A stretch of DNA of 64,000 nt. It comes from the human T2T-CHM13v2.0 reference genome, Homo sapiens. Below the pieces are notes generated by a model. The model was not told where the DNA came from and made no database searches. It saw only the letters and a program-made list of their open reading frames with translations. How positions within the stretch are numbered: position 1 is the stretch's first letter; each line of letters starts with the position of its first letter. The position numbers and the translations under genes were made by a program. Positions 32,770-46,617 of this stretch are shown here, piece after piece. The stretch is taken from NCBI RefSeq assembly GCF_009914755.1, contig NC_060939.1; one strand, given 5' to 3'.

Positions 32770-34235
32770 TGGTTCTTTCTTAAAATGTCTACTTGGTCTT
32801 TCAGCTCTTGTATCACTTCACTGGATTCCTTACATTCCTTGGATTAGGTTTCAACTTTCTCCTGCATCTTGATGATCTTCCTTGCCATCCATTTTCTCAA
32901 TTCTTTGTCTGTCATTTCAGCCATCTCATTCTGGCTAAAAGCATTGCCGGGAAGCTAGTATAGTCATTTGGAGGTAAGAAGACACTCTGGCTTTTTGAGT
33001 TGCTGGAGCTCTTGCACAGTCGATTCTTTCTCGTCTGTGTGGGCTAATGTTGATTTAATCTTTGAAGTTGCTATCCTTTGGATAGGGCTTTTTGCTTTTA
33101 TATTCTTTGATCCCTTGAGGGTTTGACTATGGCATAAGCTGAGTTCAGTTGACTGGCTTCCTTTCTGGATGATTTCAGGGAGCCAAGACTCAGCTTAGCA
33201 CTCCCAGGCTGCATGCTCTAACTCTGGGGGACTGGGACCAGGCCCACTGCTTTGTTCTCTGGCTACCCTCGTGGTTAAGCTCCTGCTGTGCTGGAGGAGC
33301 TGAGATTTTTCCAATCTGCTAGGACCAGCACTCCAGTCTCCAGTAAAGGGTACCAGCAAAAGTGCTTCACTGGGGCAGTGGGAGCAGGGTGCGTGCTCAC
33401 ATATGTGTGCATGCACCAGCGGTAGTTGGGCAGTGAAGTCCATGAGCACACACGTGCTGGCAAAGTGGTGGAAAGAGGCTGTGTGCACCAGCAAAACAGT
33501 GAGGGGAGGCTGAGGATGGGTGCACACTGGTGGCAGCCCATCTGTAGAAGCTCTCTGATGTTAGATGGGGTCTTCCAGTGAAGAAGCTATGGCAGCAACT
33601 GCCACTAAGTGCCCTGATTGGGCATCTGTGACTGGGCTGCTGGTAGGTGCAGCCAGGAAGGGACACTGGGAGAAACCAGCAGATGGTGGGGTTGTTCAGA
33701 TCAGACAGGCCCCAACCCATGGACAAAATCACCTTGTCTGTCCAGCTTCAACAGGCAGCAATGGCCAAAATCTATCCAGAGGAGCATGGCAAGCCTTGGA
33801 GTATGGGCATCCCTGGCCATTCTCCACTATAGTCATACCCATGCCAAACCCTCTGGGTTCCACACGAGCTGGAGTACTGTCCTTGATAACTCTCCAACCA
33901 GCTCTCCCTGCCAGTTCAAATGTCTATGGAGGTCCTTGGGTCTCCTGCAGCTAGGATTCTGGAGTTTGTGGTGAAACTGGAATACTGTATGTAACTCATC
34001 CATTCCTGGGAACTATTCAGTGCCAGGAACAAGTCCTGGTGCTCAGAAATGCTGTGCAGTTTTCCCAGGTTCCTCCGCACCTCAGCCCAGGGTCTACATC
34101 TTCCCTCCATCCTGTCTCAATACCTTTCTTCTGAAGATCTGCTTGGAGTGTGCCAGTCTTCCTGATCATCTGATCTCTCACTGGGAGAAATTCTTCCTGG
34201 CTGCATTTAGTTGGCCATTGTGGTTTTCTTCCTGC

Positions 34236-35113
34236 CTTCACTTTGCATTTTTATGTTATGAAGATAGCTTCCTTCCTTAAACCACATGAGCCAACCTCTG
34301 TTAGATTTAGATGTTTCTTCTGCATCTTCCTCACCTCTCTCAACCTTCGTAGAATTGAATAAAGTTAGGGCCTTACTCTGAATTAGCCTTTGGCTCAAGA
34401 GAATGTTGTCACTGGTTTAATTTTCTATCCAGACAACTAAATCTTTCTCTGTATCAGCAATAAGCCTCTTTCACTTTCTTACAATTCGTGTGTTCACTGG
34501 AGTAGCGCTTTTTACTTCCCTCAAGACTCTTCCTTGGCCTTCAAAACTTGGCTGTTTGATACATAAAACCTAGCTTTCAGCCTGTCTTGGCTTTTGTCAT
34601 GCCTTGCTTTCTAAGCTTAATCATTTTTAACTTTTGATTTAAAGTGAGAGACTTATGACTCTTCTTTTTACTTGAACACTTAGAGGCCACTGTAGGGCTA
34701 TTATTTGGCCTAATTTCAATATTATTGTTTTTCTGGGAATAGGCAATCCTAAGGAGAGAAAGAAACATGGGGGAATGGCTGGTCGATGAAGTAGTTAGAA
34801 CACATACAACATTTATCAATTAAGCTTTTCATTTTATATAGACACAATTTCTGGTGCTCCCAAATGATTACAATAATAATACCAGATATCACAGATCACA
34901 GATCACCATGAGAGACATAATGGCTTTGGAAAACCTGGAGATACTTTAAGAATTTCCCAAATGTAACACAGAGACATGAAGTGAGCACACACTGTTGGAA
35001 AAATGGTGCCAATAGACTTCCTTCCTACAGGGTTGCCACAAATCTTCAATTTGCAAAAAGTGTGAAATCTGTGACACACAATAATGAAAAGCACAATAAA
35101 AGGAGGTGTGTTG
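34236..35113 (-). mobile_element. Tigger1, 5' part
   Basis: ORFs 34577-34819 (ASKCSSKKKSHKSLTLNQKLKMIKL) and 34207-34398 match the Tigger1 N-terminal HTH region; degenerate TIR followed by TA at 35114. Confidence 0.95.
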
Positions 35114-35239
35114 TATGTTATATAACATTGCGTTATATTTTACAGATGTTATATAATCAAATATAAAATTATATTGTGTAATATGTGCTATTATATGTCC
35201 TATCATATACCTTGTGTGTGTATGTGTACATATTCATTG

Positions 35240-37110
35240 AATAGGAAAGAGCTTCTGAAAATGAATAATTGGTAATAGAAATGAATAATTCAACAGAAGA
35301 TTTGAAGATAAATAAAAACTATAATCCAAAACCAAAGATTAGAAAATAAGAGGAAAATCATATGTAAATTGATACATGATTATACATATTTATGGGGATA
35401 CATGTGATATTTTGACACATGTATATAATGTGTAATGATAAAATCAGGGTAATTAAGACATGCATCACCTCAAACATTTATCATTTCCTTGTGTTGAGAA
35501 TGATCTGTCATCTAATAGGAGTTTCACAAAGAGAAAAGATGGAAGTCTCAGATAAATAATAAAATTACTAGAACCAAAGGACAAAAGTCCTCAGATTGAA
35601 AGGCCCTGCTTAATGTTAAGAAGAAGAAATTTTAAAAAGAGAAAATATGCACAGGACTGATGACACAGTAAGAAATATGCTAACACATGTATGTTCATTG
35701 CAGCACTATTAACAAAAGCAAAGATATGGGATCAACATAAATACCCATCAATGGTAGATTGGATGAGGGAAATGTGCTACATATACACCGTAGAATATCA
35801 TGCAGCCATAAAAAAGCACGAGATCATGTTTTTTGCAGGGACATGTATGGAGCTGGAGGCCATTATCCTTAGCAACCTAATGCAGGAACAGAAAACCAAA
35901 TACATGTTCTCACTTATAAGTGGGAGCTAAATTATGAGAACACATGGACACATAGAGGAGAACAACACACACTGGGGCCTATTGGATGGTGGTGGGTGGG
36001 AGGATGGAGAGAATCAGGAAAAATAGCTAATAAGTAGTGGGCTTAATACTTGGGTGATGAAATAATCTGTACAACAAACTGTCATCACACAAGTTTACCT
36101 GTGGAACAAACCTGCACTGAATCCCTGAACTTAAAAAAAAAAAAAAGAAATATGCTAACAGTAGATGTAACTGTGGCACAGAATAGATTTCTTAATACAG
36201 GAATAGGGGGCTCCCTGGATCTAACAATTAGCCTGAATTGTAGAGAAGGCAGTGAACCTGTGCTCCAGAGTTCCATTAGACTTGCCTTCATCTGTGCAGT
36301 TTGTTGAGAACACTATATTCTAGATTAGCTTTCACAACAGACTCAGGAAGCATCAGGGAACCTTGCTATCATGAGATTCTTTGTTTTGTAAGTCTTTTTT
36401 TTTTGTTTTTCTTTTTTTGAATTCATAGTGAAACAAGTGACGAATCTGACTTGTTATTTTTGCTAATCTTCAAAACTGGACAAAACTTTATAATTTGGAC
36501 AAAACTTTATGAATCAAAAACTTTAGAACACTGGCGTAAAGATAATATATATGTGCATCCAGAGAAATAAAGTACACGATATTCAAAGGGTAAGATTCAG
36601 AATGGCACAGAATTCTCTAAGCAGCACCAAAAACTAAGAGACAGTGAAGTAATGCTTTCAAAATCTTGAGGGAAAATTGTTTCCATACATAGCCCTGCTA
36701 TTAATCAAGTATAAGAAAATTGAATACATTTCCAATATGAACAATCCAAAAATAGATCACCCTGTATCTTTTCTTAGGAAGAAGATATTCTTTACCAATA
36801 CGTGGCATGAAAGCAAAAAAGACAGACATTTAATTTAAGAGTAGAAGCAAAAGAAGCTACTAGTGAAGTGAACTTCTAGGATCATAGCTGCTTGGCAAAC
36901 CTAAAGAATCACCATTCTAGAGAAAGAGGAATTTTAGAATTGTGAGAGATGTTGGGGATAAATTAGTAGTAAGTCAATTTAAAAAACTATTAAAATAGAG
37001 ACAGTGATTAACCCTAAAAGGGAAAAATGAGCAAAAAGGGAAATGTAATTATAGTATACTATTTGACTCAGGTCATGTGAAAAATATTTACATGGTCCTG
37101 TGAACGAAAG
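35240..37110 (+). mobile_element. Ancient L1M ORF1-region fragments, interrupted (includes a minus-strand L1MA 3' piece at ~35370-35500)
   Basis: CTCAGATTGAAAGGCC and AATGCTTTCAAAATCTTGAGGGAAAAT, typical of old L1 ORF1. Confidence 0.55.
35686..36144 (+). mobile_element. 5'-truncated L1PA (L1PA13-like)
   Basis: L1PA 3'UTR plus A tail; perfect 16 bp TSD AAGAAATATGCTAACA at 35670 and 36145. Confidence 0.93.
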
Positions 37111-40100
37111 CATTCAATATTGGTCTTGTCTCTTGAGTGCTTTAACCAAGTCGTAATAGCAATATTTAGCTCTGGTCAGTGACTTGTTAGTCAATCTTGA
37201 GTAGGTTCCATTTGCTTCTCTGTACTCAGTGTGAGGCTCTCCTAAAAAGATACATGCACTGCCATGCTGAGGTGTAGAAAACATTTTTGTTTATCCTCTT
37301 GCCTTGTCCATTGCCATCTCTTGGCCTCCCGACTAGCCTTGCTTACTAGCCATATTCCTTAATTGCAAGGTGACTAATTAAAGCTAAAAGTGAGTTAGCT
37401 TCTATATTGTCACAGTGGACATGGATGGCTTGGGGAAACCAACTTCGACTTTGGCTCTACTACACTTCCTGGAGTTTTTCATTCTTATTTCTCTTCCACC
37501 CATCTCCAAGCCTTGGTCTCCAATACATGCTCTCTGCTTCTGTTTTCTCTCCACTTTCATAAACAAAGGTTACATAATGATGCCCAGAGACACACATTTT
37601 GTTTGGCCTGAACAGAGTTTTAACTTTCTTGTAAGCATTAAAAAGAGAATTTGCATAAAATCTTTTGTCTTTTCTTGAAAAACTGTTAGTTCAGACCCCA
37701 TTGGTCATGCATTTGGACATGGCCCCAGTGGACTGAAGCTGAGTAATGATACAGCATCTGCTTTTGTATTTGCCACAGTCTCAATGCTCTGCACTTTTAT
37801 CCCCAGCCTACTTCATTCATTTATGCAATTTCTCACCCTTGCAGGTATTTTGATTTAAAACTCCTGTCCCAGAGTCTTATTTCTGCATTACCACTGTACT
37901 GGTGCAGTTTTCTTAGAAGTTAACAACGGCTTCCTCTTGCTGTTATGAGTGGTCTTTTTGCAGAAGTTAAGTCTTCTTACATTTCTGTGCTGGTTGAATT
38001 TAGGGTTATTTAAATGAGAGTCCTGTTCTCTGAGAGGCAGTGTGACCCTGGGACCATCACCCCATGAATTTCTATGTTGAAGCAGCTCTGGTTGCACACC
38101 ATTTTGCTTGCCTTTGAACTTAATCCAAGAATGTTAATTTTGCCATTTGTAAATGTTTGATTTTGTGGCTCTGTTTAAATAGTGGTTTGTGGCTATTCCT
38201 TGATTTTACTTTTCATTCTATCAAGGACCTGCACTTTTTTTTACCAGTCCTTACAAGAATGTGGAGCGTGTGACAGAGGCACTGAGGTAGAGACTGCGAG
38301 GCATGAGTGTTGGTTTTCTCCTTTACTACTTAGTAGATGTGTGAGTTGGGAAATATCACAACCTTTCTGAGATGTAGACTTTATTCATAAGTTTAAGGTT
38401 TTATAATTTTCAGTGAAATTTTCTGTAGATCATCTAATTTGATGCTTATGTTTTACAAATGAGGAATGTTCTGAAAGAAAACCAGGAAAGGACATAACAA
38501 AAAAAGAAAACTACACACAAATATCCCTGATGAACATAGATGCAAACATCCTCAACAAAATACTAGCTAACTGACTCCAACAGCATTATCAAAAGGTAAT
38601 CCACCATGATCAAGTGGGTTTTATACCAGGGATGTAGGAATGGTTTAACATATGCAAGTCAATAAATGTGATACACCATATAAACAGAATTATAAACAAA
38701 AATCACATGATCATCTCAATAGACGCAGAAAAAAGCATTTGACAAAATCTAGCATCCCGTGTGACTAAAACCCTCAGCAAAATCAGCACAGAAGGGATAT
38801 ACCTTAAGGTAATAAAAGTCATCTGTGACAAACCCATGGCCAACATTATAATGAACAGGGAAAAGTTGAAAGCATTCCCCCTGAGAACTAGAATAAGACA
38901 AGGATACCCGCTTTCACCACTTCTATTCACCATGGTACTGGAAGTTCTAGCCAGAGCAATCAGAAAAGAGAAATAAATAAAGAGCAGCCAAATCAGTAAA
39001 GAGGAAGTCCAACTGTCGCTGTTTGCTGATGGCATGATCGTATACCTAGAAAACCCTAAAGACTCCTTGCTCCTACAGGTGATAAATGAATTCAACAAAG
39101 TTTCAGCATACAAATGTAATGTACACAAATCACTAACTCTGCTATACACCAACAGTGACCAAGCTGAGAATCAAATCAATAACTCAACCCCTTTTACAAT
39201 AGCTGCAAAATATATATATATACCTAACCAAGGAGGTGAAAGACCTCTACAAGGAAAACTACAAAACACTGCTGAAAGAAATCATGGATGACAAAAACAA
39301 GTGAAAACACATCCCATGCTCATGCTTGGGTAGAATCAATATTGTGAAAATGACCATATGGTCAAAAGAAATCTACAAATTCAATGCATTGTGCATCAAA
39401 ATGTCACCATCATTCTTCACAGAACTAGAAAAAACAATTCTAAAATTCATATGGAGCCAAAAAAGAGCCTGCATAGCCAAATCAAGACTAAGCAAAAAGA
39501 ACAAATCTGGATGCATCGCATTGCCTGACTTCAAACTAAGGCCATAGTCACCAAAACAGCATGGTACTGGTATAAAAATAGGCATATAGACCAATGGAGC
39601 AGAATAGGGAACCCAGAAATAAAACCAAATACTTATAGTCAACCGATCTTTGACAAAGCAGACAAAGACATAAAGTGGGGGAAGGACACCCTATTCAACA
39701 AATGGTTTTGGGATAATTGGCAAGCCACATGTAGAGGAATGAAACTGGATCCTCATCTCTCACCTTATATAAAAATCAACTCAGGATGGATCAAAGACTT
39801 AAATCTAAGACCTGAAACCATAAAAATTCTAGAAGAAAACAATGTAAAACTTCTTGTGGATATTGGCTTAGGCAAAGCCTTCATGACCAAGAACCCAAAA
39901 GCAAATGCAACAAAAACAAAGATAAATAGATGGAACTTAATTAAACTAAAAAGCTTCTGCACAGCAAAAGAAATAATCAGTAGAGTAAACAGACAACCCA
40001 CAGATTGGGAGAAAATCTTCACAATCTATACATCAGACAAAGAACTAATATCCAGAATCTACAAGGAACTCAAATCAGCAAGAAAAAATATCAAACAATC

Positions 40101-40284
40101 CCATCCAAAAGTGGGCTAAGGACATAAATAGACAATTCTCAAAGGAAGATATATAAATGGCCAACAAACATATGAAAAAATGCTCAACATCACTAATTAC
40201 CAGGGAAATGCAAATCAAACCTATGATGTGATACCCCCTTACTCCTGAAAGAATAGCCATAATCAAAAAATCAAAAAATAATGA

Positions 40285-40645
<361 letters not shown>

Positions 40646-40869
40646 TAGTACAACCACTATGGAAAACAGCATGGAGATTCCTTAAAGAACTAAAAGTAGG
40701 TCTACCATTTGATCCAGCAGTCCCACTCCTGGGTATCTATCCAGAGGAGAAGAAGTCATTATATGAAAAAGATACTTGCACACACATTTATAGCAGCACA
40801 ATTCGCAATTGCAAAAATATGGAACTAGCCCAAATGCCCATCAATCAACAAGTGGATAGAGAAAACATG

Positions 40870-40872
<3 letters not shown>

Positions 40873-40926
<54 letters not shown>
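40873..40926. repeat. (TA)n(CA)n microsatellite inside L1PB
   Basis: About 20 TA units followed by CA units. Confidence 0.95.
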
Positions 40927-43709
40927 TCCCATAGAATACTACTCATCCATAAAAAGTAAAGAATGATGGCATTCACAGCAACCTGGATGGAATTGGACAC
41001 CTTGGACACCATTATTTTAAGTGAAGTAACTCAGGAATGGAAAACCAAACATTGTATGTACTCATTCATAAGTGGTAGCTAAGCTATGAGGAGGAAAGGC
41101 ATAAGAATGATCCAATGGACTTTGGGGACTTGGGGAAAAAGTGGGAGGGGTTTGAGGAATAAAAGACTACACATTGGGTACAGCGTACACTTCTCCGGTG
41201 ATGGGTGCACCAAAATCTCAGAAATCACCACTCAAGACTTACAAATGTAACCAAACACCACCTGTTCCCCAAAGACCTATTGAAATAAATAAGATATACA
41301 TAAAGTAAACAAAAATAAAAAAATAGGCATATATTGATTTCTAAATCTCACATAATTCCCTTTCCCCTCCACTTCATTCCAAAATACTCCATAGATAACC
41401 TTTTTCTTTCAGTTCCTTGTTAAACTTCCAGTGTTTCCTTGTGCAAAAAATAAACAGAACAACATATGCACCTTGAAAGAAAAATGAAATGATTTCCCTT
41501 GGATCATGGGACTGGTCCATGACAGGGTGAGGGCTGATAACTCGGACATCAATTTTCTGTGAGTCCTTATTCGATCATGCAAGGTGTCACTCCCCAGCAA
41601 ACTGCCTTCCTTGAGGTAAACCCTCTACAGTTCTCAGTTTAAAAAGCCAGTGATCTCTTTTGTGTCAGCTTTAACCTAACCTCTCAAATGGCATTCACAT
41701 TCTGAATAAGAAACATTGTAAGAAGTGGGCTTTTATTGATCTAGGCTTTGCTTCTTCTATATTCCATGTTCAGTTTTATAGTCAGAACCTTTATTGTTGT
41801 TCACAATATCACCACTGGTTGAGCACCTAGTTAATAATAACACACGCGTACATCTAATCTGTGAATTAATTATATGTATGCTGAGCATAAGCATTTATAA
41901 TCCAAACCTAGATGCTTTTGTGAAAGTAAGTAGCTTTACTAATAATTACTCTTGAACAACACATATAAATTTGGATAATGATTCCCCTTGTTACATAAAG
42001 CATTAGCACAGTGCCTGGCACATAGTAAGTGTTCAGTAAATGGTAACTTTTAAAAGAAGCTTTATCAAAAGAGGTGAAAAGAGTTGACAGTTTACTGAAG
42101 AGTATGCTTAAGAGCTGTTCCTTTCAAAATTAACATGAAGCAATGGGCTTCTGGTGAGAAACGTGTTGTCCTTCTTGTACTGTATGTGATGTGGAATGTG
42201 AAGTCTACTAGACTTTCCACCTAAGCAGCAAACTGGGAATGTGAGGAATTTTTGTAGAAAATCTTCCAGGTGAAGATATTTTCTAAGGAGATGAACTTGG
42301 GAGACCAAGGTCCAGGGCCACAGAAAAATCATCAATGGACAATTGGGATTATTGGAACTAATATCTTAAAATACTAGAATTCAGAGTTGACTTGTTTTTC
42401 AGGTTATCTGAAATATTTTTTAGTGTTTGGTCTTATTTCATGGAGGAAGTTGGGAATGTTTTTAAAGCAGTTTGTCCCAGGTGACTTTCCCAGAATTAGA
42501 AGCTGTGATCCCAATTTCTAATGCCATATCTCAAGGAACACATAACTTGCTTTCTTACTGGTGTTCTATAGGATTATCTGTAATGCAAGACTACCTTTAT
42601 AAGCTATCATTTTCCTGGGGAGCAGGCATGCTGAGAGGTGATTCATCTTACTCCCTTCCTTCCAACGTGACACTTTTCCCCATCTCTGAGGTCTGATTGC
42701 TAATGTTTCAGCACCAGCTGCAACCTAATCCTTCAGTGAGCACAGCTGAGCTAAGTTAATCTAATTTTTATAGCCTTTGCACCCTAGATATCAATCTCGT
42801 GGGTAGTTAACGCTCCCTGAGCCAGGCTTGGATTCCAGAGCTCCTTATCACTGTCCCCACTGTACTCTTGTCCCCCAGCTACAAGCAGCCCTGTGGGCAC
42901 CACAGAGCTCCGAAAACATTTGTCCCCACAGCTGGCTGGCTTCCTCAGGCCAGTGTGTCTAATGAGCTGGCCATTGCCCGTAAATCAAGTCAAGCATGCA
43001 CAGTTCAGGCTTTCATCAGGTGAGCCCTGTTCAGCAATGCCTTTGAAGGAGGGGCCCCTGTGGGCTGCAGAGGCTGTGTGCTGCCCAGATAAACACCCCA
43101 TCTCAAAGATGTTGTTCTGTTTTGCAGACAGGCTTGTCGTTAGTGGGAGGAAGCGTGCTGGGTTGCCAAGTACCAGGAGTGGACTGATTTGACTTGGGAG
43201 CCAAGGAAAAGAAACACACATGCTCACATGCATTCTCCCAAAGAGCCCGACTAGAGACATGAGGAAAACAGAAGGCACAAAAGACTTACGTCCCATCCTC
43301 TCACCTGGGGTTGTGCTAGCACCGGGCAGTGAGCAGAGATGTGGCACATGTGGCTCTGATGGGATCTGTCATGAGGACCTTGAACAGTGCCTTAGACACA
43401 CTGACTGCCAGCTTGGGGCCCAGCCTCCAGTGCCTTTCCACTTTCTTCTTGCTGAAGCCCTCCCAGGCTTCTCTATCTGCTTAATGTCTTCTGTGCTCTC
43501 CCCTGTAATTACAGTCTACAGTGATCTACTAATAACTTCCAATCAGGAAACAAGGAAGAAAAATAGCAAATGGGAATTTTTTATGCTTATACGACCCACC
43601 TAGGGCAAACTATTTTTTTACATTGGCTTTGAATCTCTCTCCACTTAGTACTTAGTAAGTACTCAGTAAATTCTACATTGGTTTTTCAAAATTTCTGTAG
43701 AATTATTTC

Positions 43710-44230
43710 ATTTTATTCATTTATTAATAATAATGATATTTAGTAAGTATTTACCAAGTACCCAATAGGCATCAGATGCTGTTCCAGGTGTTGATGATAG
43801 AGTGCTGAACTAGAGAGAAAAAAATCCTTCCCTTCTATGGGAGAACAGACAACGAGAAAGCAAATGCAAGGCAATTTCTGATAGCAATCCTGATGCAATT
43901 TCAGATGGCAATTGGGAAATGATAAATAAAATTTAAATGGGAGAGGAGATAAACAGGGTTGTTGGTGGTGATGGCAATGGTTTTTGATAAGGCATCTGGC
44001 AAATCACCCCTGGAGAGATTATGTTTAAGCTGAAGATTATTTGATGTGAGGAAGCAAGATACCTGAAATAAGAGAATTCCAGGCAGAAGAGAACCAAATA
44101 CCAAGGTCCCAAGGTGGGATGAAAAGGGGACCTTGAGGGACAGGGAGAAGAGCAGGGAGGAAGGATCACAGTGAGATCACAGTAAGAAAGCAGCCCGGCA
44201 GAGGAGATGGGGCTGGAGAGCAAGCAGGAG
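43710..44230 (-). mobile_element. L2 3' fragment
   Basis: TTCATTTATT...TAAGTATTTACCAAGTACC...GGCAAATCACCCCTGGAGAG...TAAGCTGAAGAT...ATTCCAGGCAGA. Confidence 0.7.
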
Positions 44231-44319
44231 CCATGCCTCCCACGAGTGCTGGGAGACAGGACCAGATATGGTCCCTGTCAACCTCTAAGGGAGGCTACCC
44301 CATGGAGCCAGCATTATGA

Positions 44320-44430
44320 TCCTCCTTAGGGCTCAAAGTGGCCAGAAGATTTGCTGGAGTTCACACAGATGCTAAGTGACAGAACCCGGATTTGAAGCCA
44401 GGACTCAATTCTGAACCCATGCTTTATCCA
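44320..44430 (-). mobile_element. MIR fragment
   Basis: TCACACAGATGCTAAGTGACAGAACCCGGATTTGAAGCCAGG. Confidence 0.7.
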
Positions 44431-46473
44431 CAATAGTTTCCAGCTATCTTAGCCTTAGGGAGATGATGATTTTGTTAGGGTGACACAATTTAATCATGAA
44501 TAATGAAAGCAAAAAATATAATTCATGCTTATTTGAATTCTACAGTGCTGGTGTTGGCTACTCTACCATTTCAGGTTTTTTGGTTTGCTGTTTTGTTTTT
44601 CTTTTAAGCAATGGGTAACAGACCCTCCTATACCTGGACAGCCTCATGTTAGATATGAAGATGCGGGCAAATGATGTCAGGTGGGTCGTTGCACAAGTCA
44701 GTGCAGGAAAACTCAACATAATTTTAGGGCATTAGCAAAGTCAATCCTGTTCATCTAATCAGTGTTGTTCAAACTTCAGTCATTTGTTAAGCAACTTGAT
44801 GTTTTTGCCATATTCTTTAATTTATTAAAGATTTTTCTTTAAATGGACTCAACTTTTTACTTAAACAAAATTGTCTACAAAGGAAACGTTATACACAATT
44901 GCTCAAGACAAGCTGGATCTGAGTGGTTAACATGTTTATTAACGTCTTATGCATTTTCTATTGAAATTAGCTTCCTCCACGTCTCTCTTTTCATATTTAT
45001 TTTTAAAGACCCATCAACGGATCCCTTGGCTTCTCTATCTTTAGACTACAGTTATGTTTAGATATAGAGGGGTGAAGGAAGACATAGATTAGAGGAGACA
45101 ATTATTCTACAATCACTCACACATGTCCCTACCTTTTTATTACCATTGTGGCCATCTTAATTTAAGTCCTAATCATATCTCACTTAGATTATTTCCAAAA
45201 TCCTCAAATTGGATGTCTGACTATTGCCTTTCCTCCCCCAATCCAAACCATGGCTGCCAACGTGGTAAAACTCCAAAAGGGCATTTTATTTTTAAAACTT
45301 TTCATAATTTCCTATTGCCTACTGAGTAGACAATTGACTCACCCTTAGACATGCAAGATCATCTACAATATGCTCCAATCTACTTACATTTCATGCTTTT
45401 ATACTTTACTCCGTATATATTGGATGCTCTGGATCAAATGATCCTCATACTTTTCCATCTTAGATATTTGTTTAAAGATCTGTTGTTGTTTTCATTTCTA
45501 TACTTCCCTCCTCATCATTACTAACTCAGAATTTCACTTAAACATTCCAACTACTGTTTCATAATTCATTCACATGAATTCACACATAATCTCTGTTTTC
45601 TTTACCTCGTATCAAATTTCACTAAGGTAAGTGTTATAAAGCAGATTTTTAAAATAAGTGAGAGAAGGTCTGTTTGTAGACTAACTAGTTCTGCTCTCAT
45701 GACTCTGCTATTATATAGGGGGGGTATATATTATCCAGCTCTGAATCCCTTGTAAGAGCTGATGGAATATTTGTAACAAGAATTTGAATAGCTGTATTCT
45801 ATTTTGTTTTTACTAGGAGAGAAGTCAATGATTGACAGAGTAAAATTTCAGTTTGAGAGCTGGAGAAAGTCACTGGCCTCATTACTAACTCTCCAGAGGA
45901 AAGGGAAGAAATGAATTTCATTGGCCTCTGTTCCACAGCTCCATTAATCACCTTTACTGTCAAATATCACTTCCTTTTGTCAAATTCACAGGGACTCTCA
46001 TTAGAAACTTTTCTAATCACAACTCCTTCCTTGAAATATTTCTTAAGACCCTGAAGTCTTCAATATCAATAAGGAAATACATATTTTACCACCTTGAGAT
46101 CTTCATTCCTATGAAGAGACTCACACAAATGATACACATTTCCTCATAAGGGAGAGAATTGCCTGTGTTTCTCTGAAGTGTGCCTTAGCCTGGATGCATG
46201 TGACCTTTAGTTGTCCTTGCCATGTGCCAGTGACACTGAGATGAGCAAAGACTGGTGGCTATGGAGGCTGATATGAGAATAACTGGTGAAATAGATGCTT
46301 TTTGAATCACATTATCAAAGGCTGCAATACATTTGGCTTCTCTTAACAATCTTCTAGGGCTAAAACGGGGAGTTCAAGAGACATCAGGGTCACTTGCTGT
46401 ATTAAAAAACAGTCATGCTAAACCTGGTCTCTAATAATTGTGGCACACACACACACACACACACATATATATA

Positions 46474-46617
46474 ATTTTTTTTTTCGAGACAAAGTCTCAC
46501 TCTGTCGCCCAGGCTGGAGTGCAGTGGCATGATCTCAGCTCACAGCAAACTCCACCTCCTGGGTTCAAGCGATTCTTGTGCCTCAGCCTCCTGAGTAGCT
46601 AGGATTACAGGTGCCCG
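46474..46617 (-). mobile_element. AluS right arm only (5'-truncated)
   Basis: TSD ATTGTGGCA at 46437 and 46618; (CA)n expanded in the left copy. Confidence 0.92.

Noticed and set aside
33195-34280. Dense overlapping ORFs on both strands
   Set aside because: They lie in the GC-richer L1 5'UTR, where stop codons are rarer by composition.
29027-40119. Reverse transcriptase and endonuclease-like ORFs
   Set aside because: Short, frameshifted L1 ORF2 remnants; no intact ORF1 or ORF2.
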